Below are positions 1 to 11,479 of a stretch of DNA of 64,000 nt, piece after piece. A program made the position numbers and the translations under genes. The notes beneath the pieces are model-generated. The model worked only from the letters and a program-made list of their open reading frames with translations. It did not search any database and was not told where the DNA came from. Source of the stretch: Cenococcum geophilum (lineage: Eukaryota); the NCBI GenBank assembly GCA_050273025.1, contig CP158635.1:15624001-15688000 (forward strand), written 5' to 3'. Each line of letters begins with the position of its first letter. The stretch's first letter is position 1.

Positions 1-430
1 CTACTTTTCCCTTAGGGTAAGGTAAGCTTTACCTATTTTAATATAATGTTAACTATATAAGCAAACTACTATAGAGTTATTATTAAGCAGTAGTTCTAGC
101 GGCTCGCTTTAATAGTCTAAAAGATCTACCTATATTAAGTTAGACTTACGTAGACCTTTATTAAGGGTTTTTTAACTAATTAGAGCTAATATATAGTGTT
201 CTAGCTCTAAGCGGTAGCAGCCTTTTATCTTAAAGATATTAATAAGTCGGAGAACTTTTTCCTAATTAAGGGTCTGAGCTCCTTTAACCTTCTAATACTC
301 AAACTTTAAAAATAATAAGCGGATCTTTATATCCCTATAAAAATAACTCTATTTCTTATTAAAAAGAGATAAGTTACACTCTAACTTAGAATCTATTGCC
401 TTTAACTTTAGCCTTTCTAGGTATATTAAA
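1..430 (-). pseudogene. DUF3723-family gene, 5' part (runs off the left edge); Starship auxiliary gene
   Basis: The minus strand at ~290-175 reads GAQTLN*EKVLRLINIFKIKGCYRLELEHYILALIS. De-RIP this is ~LDQEKVLRLVDIFEIEGCYRLEPEHHVSALIS, the typical DUF3723 N-terminal motif. It is followed by EPLELLL..IVVCL. The start is approximate. Confidence 0.75.
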
Positions 431-899
431 GCATTTTCTAGTTAAAATAGGTTTATTTTATTTTTATTATAATATATAAATAGCTTTTTTATTTTTTTAT
501 ATCTGTTATATTATACTATATATAATAATATATACCTTTAGATTAGGGGTTTACCAGTCTCTAGTAAAATATTAGGTTACTAATAACTAATAGGTGGTTT
601 AAAAATAGTAGAAAAGATTATAAGAAATTAAGAGATCCTAACGCCTATCTATGTCCTATTTATAGCTTATTTCTATCCTTTTACTCTATAATATCTATCT
701 ACTAGAAGCTTAGTAGAAGTTACCTCCTTCTAAGGATCCTGCTGTTATTAGCCACTTTCTTATAGCTATTCCTGTCCTATCTAGAAATAGAAAAAACGCC
801 TCTCTTTCTTTCTTTATATAAAATAGTTTTTATAGAGAGAGAGAGGGTCCTAGTTGCCTTTATATCTTCTCTCTCTCTATAAATAGCTTTTTTTGCCTT

Positions 900-2678
900 A
901 AATACTAATATTATTAAAACTATTCTGTTATAAAGCTAATATAAAGATTCCTATAAGAGTATAACGCCTAAACTTAGCTATATTTAAGTACTCTTATATA
1001 CTTACTAAATAAAGTAATAAATTCTTTTCTACTTAATAATTATATCTTATAAAAACCACGCTACGTAGCTATAAGTGGCTAGATCTACTAGCTTTATAAT
1101 TAATAACACTTTTTAGCTAGGCTATATTATTTAAGCCTTACTAAACCCTACTTTATAGACGCTGAGTTTACTTCTATTCCTAAATAAAAGGAGTAAAAAT
1201 ATTGCTTTACGGCAGCTATTTCTATATAATAACTTTAAGAGGCACAGCTCTAAGGGAGTTTTAAATATCTAAATTAATATATTTTTGACAGCGTATAATA
1301 ACCCAATTATCTTTATAAATGGTAATTTTACTAGCGCTGTCCTATCTTACCTAGCGCCTATATCCTACTATAAGAGCACCACTTATATAGTGGCTTGGCA
1401 GCCCCCTAGCGGACAGTTAGTTATTAACGCTATATTTACTTATATTATACTACCTTTTATTACAGTTCTTACCGTATTTATTAATAACTTTAATTCTATT
1501 AAATAAATTCTTACCTTTTTTAAATAATGGGCTAATATTAGTAGTTACGCAGGTGTCCTCCTAAGGACTAGCCTTAGTTTAATTGTTATTTCTTTATAAA
1601 AGAATATAACGAAAGCTAGAGCCGTTTACACAAGTGCTTACACTATAAAGATTTTCTTATAAATTGCCGTGTTTAAGATAGACGGCTTTTTATCTCCTCT
1701 AGCAGGCCATAGGCCTTTAAAGAAGGAAATACTAAGATAAGTTAACGAGATTAGATATCATTTACGGCTTAAATACCAATTATTTACTACGCATTACCTT
1801 AATACGCTCTATTAGGCAGCGCTACTATATATAGCTATAACCGCTATAGAGCCCTTTAATATTATTTAAGTAACTTAAAAGTATTATATATATAAGGATC
1901 TTAGTAGTTATATAAAAACCATTATAAAGCTTAGGAGGGAGGGGAAGATCCTTTATAAAGACGTTACTAAGTTTATCGCATTAAGTATTTTAATAGATGT
2001 ATATCCTCCATAAGTATATAGTAAAGTCACCTTCTTTATACTATTTCTTTTAACTAACTATTTTACTAGATTTTGTACTAAGGCAAATTTACCGTTTACT
2101 ATATCGATCTGCATTTATTTATATATTATTAAAAGTCTTTAACGAAAGTATAGGAGAGTATTAGAGCCGCTAAGCTAAAAAGCATATCTATAGTCTTTTT
2201 AAATTATTATAAAATATACCTTTTATAAAAGCCTAAGCTCTAGATATTCGTTTATATTAGGCCTATATTAAAACAAATAAGATATACCTATTCTATTACT
2301 TTTAAACTCCTTAGTATATGCTTAGTTATGGCCACACTATTTATAACATCTACGTTTAAATATTTAGCGATATAGTAATAGGAGTAGAGTATAAATATAC
2401 TATTAATGCCTATATTCTCTGTAAAGCAGTTTTATCTATAGGCTCTCTAACTATAAAGCTAAAGCCGCCTACTTATAGTATCCGTATCCTTAGAATTAAT
2501 AGTAGTAGTATAAGAGGCGTAATACCTCTAGAGTTCCTTTTACAAACCTAAAATTTATTTAGGTCCTGTATTATCTAGGACTTCTTTAATATAGTTATTG
2601 GTATAAGCTCCGGTAAGTAATCTATCTATTATTTAATACGGCGCTTATAAAAATAGGCGACCTAAAAGCCTTACTTAT
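900..2678 (+). pseudogene. Patatin-like phospholipase (PLP), 5' part, interrupted by the Copia insertion
   Basis: 2462-2612 reads KPPTYSIRILRINSSSIRGVIPLEFL...DFFNIVIGISSG, i.e. de-RIP IDGGGVRG and GTSSG (glycine loop and nucleophile Ser). A Cys/His finger relic (P*YMLSYGHTIYNIY) lies at ~2310-2355. ORF 1285-1506 is a fragment of the N-terminal region. Confidence 0.88.
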
Positions 2679-2852
2679 TGTCGGAACGTTAATCATATAA
2701 CGTGGTCACGGGACCACGTAGCGAGGTTAGCTAACCTAACCTTGGAGCAACCCCTTACTTCTAGTAAAAACAAAACAACTACTAACTTCAACACCGCATA
2801 CGTACCACTACAAGTAATATTTATGCACGTTGATAAAGCGAGTATACCGACA
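2679..2852 (+). repeat. 5' LTR of Copia-1
   Basis: TGTCGGAACG...TACCGACA, with short terminal inverted repeat TGTCGG/CCGACA. Matches 8875-9048. Confidence 0.97.
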
Positions 2853-2889
2853 CTAATTAGTAGACGTACAGATTAGGAAATACGCAATA

Positions 2890-3260
2890 GCAAAGCTTAA
2901 AACTACGCATTAGCTTAACTGCTAACGCGTTAGATTGTAGAGCTATCGCCCTATTTTAGTTAAAGGAGAAAGCTACGTTACCCTTAAAGCTCGAGACCAC
3001 GTATTAGCTTGCTAATACGTTAAATCGCCTAGAGGACCCTTAAAGCTCGAGACTACATATTAGCTTAATTGCTAACGCGTAAAATCGCCTAAAGAATTAT
3101 ATCTTTACTTAGAGAGAGCTACGTTACCCTTAAAGCTTAAGACTATGTATTAACTTAACTGTTAACGCGTTAGATCGCCTAGAGGACCTTAAAGCTTAAG
3201 ACCACGTATTAACTTAACTGCTAACGCGTAAGATCGCCTAGAGGACCATATCTTTGCTAA
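2890..3260 (+). repeat. Degenerate tandem repeats (~55-80 bp) in the Copia-1 5' leader
   Basis: Recurring taaagctcgagaccacgtattagcttaactgctaacgcgttagatcgcctagaggacc unit, about 5 copies. Confidence 0.85.
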
Positions 3261-3409
3261 GAATCGTCTTTAGTCTTTAGTCTTTAAAAACTATAGATTT
3301 ATTAAGGGGACACGCACACACCCTTATACCCTTACCTTTATACCCCTAACCTTAACCTTAACCTTAACCTTAACTTTTAAACGACAACTACCCTTATATA
3401 TAAAGACAC

Positions 3410-6400
3410 GATAATATAGAAATTGACTAAAAGGAAAGAATTGCTAAATACGGCTACGGAATCGACTTAGAGACGGCTATAGATAACAATCTAGCGGAGT
3501 ATATAGAGACTAAGATGCACTTATATACACGGTATAACCTTATAAACTTTTTACTATGGACAGTATATTAGAAAGACTTTAAAGACTTTACACCAGAGCT
3601 CTTTAAATAAGTACGATCCAAAACTAGAGCGGGAATCTATAACTACCTAGTTAAGAGAGGAGTATACGTTGTTAAGCAAGATAAGAGGCATACCCTTAGC
3701 AAGGTACTAACGGACATCGCTAATAAAAAAGAGTTTCATAAATAAATAAACAAGGAGCTTATCGCGGCCCTTATAGAGGTAAAGCTAATAATTACAACAA
3801 CTCTATAAGACCAACTTAATTCGACCTTAAATAAGCTTGCTATACCTCCAGCCCTACCACTAAGTACTCCACCAACTCCACCAGCTATTCCAGCCGCTGT
3901 ACCACCAGCTATTCCAGCCGCTGTACTACTAGCTACTCCGATTGCTGCACCACCAGCTACCCCAATCGCAGCACCGCCAGCTACCCCGGTCGCTACCCCC
4001 ACTACCCCTACTACCCCCCCCAGATCTACTCCGATTACTACACCGCCAGCTACTCTAATCACTACCCCTACTACCCCCGCTACCCCTCCTAATCCTTAAT
4101 CCTCTAATTACAACCAAATCTACGCTCTTATTAACCAACTGCTATAGCTAAAAGAGCAGCAACTGTAGCAGCTATAGCAACCGCAGTAGCCATATATACA
4201 TATACTACCCAAACTAGCTATGCCTAGCGTAGAGCAAGGACCTAAGCAAGAATCTAGATATAATAAGGAGGTAGCTATAATTACAAAGATCTATATAAAC
4301 AACCAAAAGTACAATAAAGTTAATAACAGCTTTAACTTTAAGCTAACTATCTTCTATAACATCTATAAGAGATCTAGCTTACCACTAGAAGGCTATATAG
4401 TGGCATTCCCTAGCATACTAAAAGGGCTTGCTTAGGACCACTACTATAACAGCAACCTTAAGTTAAAACCTTTTACTAAAGCCTGTAACCATATACGACA
4501 GTTCTTTAAAGGGCCAGAATACTACTATAAGAATCTTATAGAGTGGAACAGTATAACCCTCTAAGAAGTTATAGATGAGAACCCTAACAAGTTAATCTAT
4601 TAGAACTTCCAACTACTTATAGATAAGCTGCTAAAGTAACACTACGGACTACACCTAGACTTCCGTATAAACCGCATTCTTATAAATAAGCTAGTTACTG
4701 CTTGCTAGGGAGTACTAGTATACCGTATTACTATTTCCAACCCTTTAAAAGACCTCTCTTAGTTAATTAGTAAGCTATAATCCTCTATTATTACGTAGGA
4801 AAAAGAACACCCCCTATAGGCCTTAATAAGATCGTCTCATTAAGCCTTCTTTACGGATTAACGCTATTACTAAAATAACTAGAATTAAGACTAAAACACT
4901 AATCACTATAGTAGCAATTGCCCCTATAGAACTAACGGTAGACTAAAGGCCAAGTACTACGTCTGCAAGAAGGAGGACTGCTATTTATAAAAATATATAG
5001 AGGAGGAGCGTAATCGGTCCAGAGATGACTATAAGAGACGTTTTATTGATATTAAGGGCCGTAATAAGGGCAACTTTGACAACCACTTTAAATAATACGT
5101 CGCCATCTGCGAAAGAGATAAAGAGGATAACTTAGACTTTAAAGCCTACACATACGACGCTAATAACTCTAGAAGCAATGCCGGAGAACCTAACAATAGT
5201 TCTACCTATATTACTACCTTTAGAACACTTACTACAGAGAAAGCAACCTCTATAAGCGTAAAACTAGCCAATAAGGCTTATACACACCTGCTTATGGTTT
5301 TAGAACTTACCACGAAGTTCACCACGGAACCTTATACGGAGACCAACCCATTTGCCTATAATACGGCTATAGCCACAGCGTTATAATATACCTTAACGGT
5401 CTTTATAGGAATTATAATTAATATAGGTGCTTCGCGTAAGTCTATAGCTGGCTACGGTCAATTCTAAGCTTTATAGGCCGTAGATAAGTCCGTAAGTCTT
5501 AATACGTTAACTAAGAGCTAAGTAACTATCTAATTCGGGATTAGAGCCTCTACATCTATCGGAACCATAGACGTTAACAGCCCTATAGGCAAGGTATAAT
5601 TCCATATCATTAAAGCAAATACTCCCTTCCTACTTTGCTTAGCAGATATAAATAGACTCTATATTAAATACGATAACCTAAAGGACGTTATTATTACTCG
5701 CACTAAAAGGGTGCTAGTAGTTAGACGATTTAGCTACCCATTTCTCTTATAGAGCTTCTCCTTATAGTCTTATTTAGTCGAGTCTTTTAATATAAACCCT
5801 TGCTACTTAACTAACGTAGAACTACAACGTCTACACCATTAATTTAGTTACCCGTCAGTTAATAAACTGCAAAAGCTTCTTAATAAGGCTGGCTACGGCT
5901 ATAACACTAATAGATCCGCTATTAAAGAGCTAACTAGACTCTACTACTATTGCTAGAAGTATAGCAGATCTCTAGGTAAATTTCGCTTCACCCTATAAGA
6001 CGACATTAATTTTAATTATAATATCATCGTCGACATTATATATATTAGCGGCTCCCCCCTACTATACGTAGTTAACGAAGCAACTCAATTTTAAGCTAGT
6101 AGATAGCTATAAGATATCAGCGCCAAGCACACTTAGGACACTCTACGGATGTACTAGATTAATAGCTACTTAAGACCACTAGACCTAATCACCACAAACG
6201 CCAAGAAGAACTTTATTAGTAAGGAGTTTAAGCACTACGCTACTACTATAGGAGTAACTACAAAGTCAGTTCTAGTCAAATTACACAATTCTATTAGAAT
6301 GGTAGAGCGCTACTATGGTCCGCTATGACGAGCCTACTAAATCATTACGACTAAAATCCCTAAAATTAGTAAGGAGATAGCCCTATAAATGGCCTTTAAA

Positions 6401-8600
6401 GCTATTAATAACACGGCTAGCCTAGAAGGCCTAGTCCCTATACTCCTAGTCTTCGGAGCCTACCCCCAAATGGTTAAATTAGATACGCCATCACCTTCAG
6501 TTATATAGCGAGCTGCGGCTATTAAGAAAGCAATAGTGGAAATCCAGAAGCTATAAGCTAAACGACAGATTACTAATGCTCTTAATATGCAAAACGGACC
6601 ACAAACTAACGCCATTTATGGCCTCCCACCCAGTTCGCCTATCTTAGTCTAGAGAGAAGGCAATACTAGCCAGAGTGGTTATTAGGATAGGCCACACACG
6701 CTACTTGCCGTCGACGGTAAGACCTATACCGTAAAGCTACCAAATAAGCCTATAACCTTTCGCTCTACGGTCGTAAAACCTTACCTACTAGACCTATAAG
6801 ACCTAGTTAAACCACAAGAGCCTGTTAAATTAGCTAAACCAGTACCTTTATTAGCTAAACCTCAATCGTTACCTAAAGCCAAACCACAGCTACCGCTAAA
6901 GCGAGGCAGAGGTCGCCCCCATAAATACCTATTGCTTACGGCCATCGCAGACACAGCTACTATAGACGCTACGATAGATACAGGTGCTTTTACGGGTGAT
7001 ATTATAGATATTACTAATATCGCTATCTACTTACAGAATAATGATAACACCTAATTTAGCGCTTTATAACAAAAGGAGGTCACAGGCCTACTTAAGAAAG
7101 GCGTCTTTAAGATCATTAAGCTACGCGATATACCAAAGGGGGTCAAACTCTTTAACTTACGGTTTATTAATAAGATCAAGAATAAGGGAACCGATAAAGC
7201 CTTTAAGAAATCACGACTTATTATACAGGCCTATAATAATTTAGAGAAAAAGCTAGTCCTTACTTAGTTACTAATAATTTAACGGGTTAGCCAGCGGCTA
7301 ATTCTCTGTATCGCTGCTATGCTACCATAGACACAACTCTACCTCCGAGACATCTCACAAGCCTATATCTAGTCCACTACGAACCTAAACCGCGAGTTCT
7401 ACGTATAACCACTATATAAGCTAAATAAACAATTAGGAATTAATACGGACTCCATTCTAAAGGTTATAAAGCCACTTTATAGAGTACCTAAAGCTAGAAA
7501 CCACTAGTTTAAGACCTACCATTTACACTACGTTAATTAGCTATAAATAAACCAGTCTACGTACGACCCTTACTTACTCTACAGCAATAAGCCTTTTAGA
7601 ATTATTGGCCTATAGACTAACGATATACTGTTCCTTACAGATAATACCTTTATAGAGGCTAAATAAAGCAAACTATATAAGGCCAAATTTATGGCTAAGG
7701 AGCGAGAGTAATTAACTACTAATATACCAATTAAGTTTAATGGAGGACTTATTTAATTAATATAAGATGGGAGTATTACGCTAACGCAAAAGCGCCAGTG
7801 TAAGAACCTTAGTGTGGTTAACACTACGCTAGTAGACAGCACTAGCTCTAGAGGAGTTACGCGTAGCCTGCTTATGTTAAAGGACTAGTATATTGCTTAA
7901 CGCGCCAGAGGAGCCTATATTGCCTTAGTCTGCTAGCTAGAGGCCTTATTTAACCTATCCTTTACTACCTAGGTAATTAACCTAGTTAAAGACAATATAA
8001 AGAGTCTTAATAAGCAATTAAGCTAGTAGATTAAGAACGCAAATAGAGGCCTAAAGTTTGTTAAGCTAGACGTTAATACTTTATAACTCCTGGTATTTAC
8101 GGACGCTTCCTTCGCCAATAATAAGGACTTATCTTCGCAAATTGGCTACATACTTATACTAGCAGACGCCTTAAATAAGGCAAATATCGTTTACTAGTCC
8201 TTAATTAAGTGCAAAAGAGTCACTAGGAGTATATTAGCCTTAGAGTTATACAGCATAGCGCATAGTTTTAATATAGGCGCTATAATTAAATCTATGCTAG
8301 ATAAGGTCTTATAGGTTAACTTACCACTCGTTTTCTGTACTAATTTAAAGTCTTTATATAACTGTCTTATCCGACTAGGAACTACGCAAGAGAAACGCTT
8401 AATAATTAATATAATATGCCTTTGTTAAGCTTATAAACGAAGACAGATTACTAAAGTTAAGTAGATTAATGGAGATACTAACCCTACGGACGCTATAACA
8501 AAGGGTAAGCCCTATACGGCACTATTATAGCTTATTAACACAAATTAAGTTAAATTATAGGCTGTAGGGTGGGTTAAGCAAACGGATTCGACTTTAGTTT
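3410..8600 (+). pseudogene. Copia-1 gag-pol polyprotein (many RIP stops)
   Basis: Zn-knuckle relic YYVCKKEDC at ~4955. Protease IIINIGAS (IDTGAS) at ~5411. LQRLHH*FSYPS (RLHxxFGHPS) at ~5822. Integrase core HNSIRMVERYYGPL at ~6285. RT LYLRDISQAYI*S and LKVIKPLYRVPKARNH* at 7340-7510. RNase H VFTDASFANN at ~8094. Confidence 0.93.
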
Positions 8601-8684
8601 AGCGTTAGCGCTAGTACTAAGCGAGCCAATAGCGATTTTCCATCCCGGGGATGGAAAATCCTAATTAGTTAGCAGAAGTTAGGT

Positions 8685-8787
8685 TCGGTAGAATTTGGCA
8701 GAATTCGGTATTATGGCAGAATTCGGCAGAATTTGGTAACATGTCAGAATTTGGCAGAATTTGGTAATATGGCAGAATTTGGCAGAA
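8685..8787 (+). repeat. Short tandem repeat (ggcagaatt(c/t) with ggtaacat-type spacers) upstream of the 3' LTR
   Basis: About 8 copies of the cagaatt core are directly visible. Confidence 0.85.
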
Positions 8788-8874
8788 AGTTGCTATTGCG
8801 TATATACTACAAATAGCCTAGAAGTAGACTTAACTTTAAAGTATAGATTAGTCTTCTTTTTAGAGTTGCTCTAG

Positions 8875-9048
8875 TATTGGAACGTTAATTATGTAACGTG
8901 GTCACGGGACCACGTAGCGAGGTTAGCTAACCTAACCTTAGAGCAACCCCTTACTTCTAGTAAAAACAAAACAACTACCAACTTTAACACCGCATACGTA
9001 CCACTATAAGTGATATTCGTGCACGTTGATAAAGCGAGTATACCGACA
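8875..9048 (+). repeat. 3' LTR of Copia-1
   Basis: TATTGGAACG...TACCGACA. Collinear with the 5' LTR, and the differences are transitions. Confidence 0.97.
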
Positions 9049-10550
9049 CTTATATTTCTTTATGGATAGGACGTTACCTAATACAGCGAAACATTTAACT
9101 AAACCCTTACGCAATTTTTTAAAAGCCAAAGGCCTATATCTAAGTCATTCCTCTTACGTTTACGCGGTTATCTCTATATATAGCTTTTAGACGGTTAGTA
9201 TAACGCTATAGCTTTAGAAAAATACTTTAAAAATATCTTTAGGCTAATAAGACGCTTAATAAATCCGATAGCTTCGGCTTACTTAGGTATAAAGGTAGCC
9301 GTAACAGCTACCAATATTTTAGACGTGGTACCTTTTTTATTTTCTAATTACAACCCTTCCGCAGAAAAGACGAGTGGTTTATTTAATAATAATATTAGTA
9401 AAGTAAATAATATAACTAAGGCTTTTAGTAGGCTATAAGTATACTAAACCAAAAGAGAATAGTATTAAAGAGATTCTATATATCTGGTAAGCGTAAGTTA
9501 ACCTTTAATAAACTAGGCTTCTTGCGCTAATTACTAAATAGTACTAGGGCTACCTCTACCGCCCTAGTATATATATTTAAAGCCCTTTAATCTTCTCTTT
9601 TACTACCTACTAATTAATTAATAAGGTTATTCCGGGCTGTAAAACTAAAATTATTTAGCGCCTTTTAAAATAGGAGATTAAAGCACAATAATTTAATAAG
9701 CCTTAGACTTTGCGAGAGTTGTTATATTTAGTCTAAAGACTATAGGGCTAATATAGTCCTATTTCTTAGAACTGGCACTATAGAGAGCTAGTCGCCTTAA
9801 GCTCCACATTTTAGGCATATCTTTAATAATAGGTTTATTCTAAGACTCTATCAATTATAGCTTTCTTTTTTTAATGGCGAAAGAATATAGAGGGATTTTA
9901 CTGTATACTTAGACGACAATTTAAAAGTGAACTACTTTCGTTTTAATATAAAGCTAGAGGAATCGATGGCCATTAATAATACTTTAATTATGGCTAAGTT
10001 ACGGGAGATAGTATAGATACAGCCTTACGGAGCTGCGGAGCGTCAAAGATTAGTCCTATTACTCTTAGCTTTATCCTTTTTTTTTAAGCTGGACTACACC
10101 CTAAAATTTAATATAGGATTTTATAGATATAAGGGATCAATTTGCTACCAAAACCAAATTAGCGCAATTACCGACATGATTAGTCGCATATTCCCTTTAG
10201 CAATAGAATTTATTACTAATTTAGTTACCCTAGCGACCTTTAAGGGTGCTTAAGATATTTATACCTTATGCCTAAGGTTTAGGAAACCAGTAGTGTTTTA
10301 TATAAGACACCCTTCTAAAACTATTATAATATACCTTAGAGTAAACAAAGACATTTATATTAGAATTAGTGGGTTTCTATAAAGTATGTCCTAGTTTATT
10401 CGGCAATAACAACTTAATACTCCTTTTAGTGTTCCTAATTATAGTATACTTAGATTAGTTGCTTGCTCTTACTATTATATAGTAAAGGTTTCTTTAAAAA
10501 GACGTTTTAGTTCCCTAGGAGATACTATATAGAAGTAAACACGACTCTAA
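9049..10550 (+). pseudogene. Patatin-like phospholipase, 3' part
   Basis: The frame resumes after the TSD. TRATSTA (ARATSAAP) at ~9543. AF*NRRLKHNNL (FQDGGLKHNNP, catalytic Asp) at ~9660. IVLFLRTGT (IVLSLGTG) at ~9753. C-terminal ISGFL*SMS*FIRQ*QLNTPFS at ~10365. Confidence 0.88.
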
Positions 10551-10816
10551 TAGTTATAAAAATATCTATAGCAATTTACCTATATTATTTTTCTATTTTT
10601 AAAATTCAAATTTATTATAAAATGGGTGTATTAAATCTTATTTATATAAAATTATATCAAGAATAAATGTCTATTTATTTTCGTAATAAATTAGGCTAAG
10701 CTATAAATAACCTTAGTAAAAATATTTTGGAGCACGGCTTACTCTAAAGCACGGCAAATTTAAGCGTAAGGAATATTTCCCCCTATTTATTAAAATCCCG
10801 TAGGGGATTTAAAGCT

Positions 10817-10980
10817 ATACTCTAGAATAACCCGTGCTTTAGAATAACCTATACTTTAAAATAACCTATACTCTAGAATAACCCATACTCTAGAATAACC
10901 CGTGCTCTAAAATAACCCGTACTCTAAAATAACCTATACTTTAGAATAACCTATGCTCTAAAATAACCCATACTCTAAAA
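10817..10980. repeat. 17-bp tandem array, 9 full copies plus a partial (consensus ~GTGCTCTAGAATAACCC)
   Basis: Units counted directly. Two inverted copies of the core (GAGCACGG/AAGCACGG) lie just upstream at ~10727-10756. Confidence 0.95.
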
Positions 10981-11479
10981 GAAGTGCTTTAGGAATATTA
11001 TTCCTCTAGTATTCGCGCTTAGCATCTAATGTATTTCTAGTATAAAATTTATCCTTAAAGATAACCTTATATAGCTCTTAAATGTAAGGAACTAATGCCT
11101 TATAGATAGGGTCCGGAAATTAGCTCTACTAAATCCTTTTACTAATAAGTCCCCTTAATTATATCTTCCTCTAAAATCAATTATATCTAAATTATAGATA
11201 GCTTTTAGTATTAATAATAAAGATATAGATTAGCAATATAGAGCTAAGGGTATTCTTTATAGATATTTAATATACCATCCTTTACTTTACCCGCCACTAT
11301 AATAGAGAAATACATTACTTTATACTTAGAGGTTAGTACTAAAAACTTAAATAAATAACTATATTTTACTAACAATAATAACTATATTTCCCAATAAATT
11401 ATTAAGGGTAGTAGTAAAGTAATACTAAAGGCAAAGTAAGGGGCGGCTCTAAAGGGAAAGGACCTATTTCTCTTTTAAC

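Larger units (their letters stand above)
2679..9048 (+). mobile_element. Full-length Ty1/Copia LTR retrotransposon (RIP-inactivated), 5-bp TSD CTTAT
   Basis: Two 174-bp direct repeats, TG...CA. CTTAT lies at 2674-2678 and 9049-9053. Internal domain order is gag-protease-integrase-RT-RNaseH. Confidence 0.97.

Noticed and set aside
3343..3375. Interstitial telomere repeat (CCCTAA)n
   Set aside because: Only one exact CCCTAA; the rest are CCTTAA inside the Copia leader, plausibly RIP-derived from another hexamer.
3736..4062. 108-aa Gly/Ala/Val-rich ORF on the minus strand
   Set aside because: Antisense shadow of the Pro/Thr/Ala-rich linker of Copia-1 gag.
10817..10980. CRISPR-like array
   Set aside because: The units are head to tail with no unique spacers, the context is eukaryotic, and there are no cas genes.
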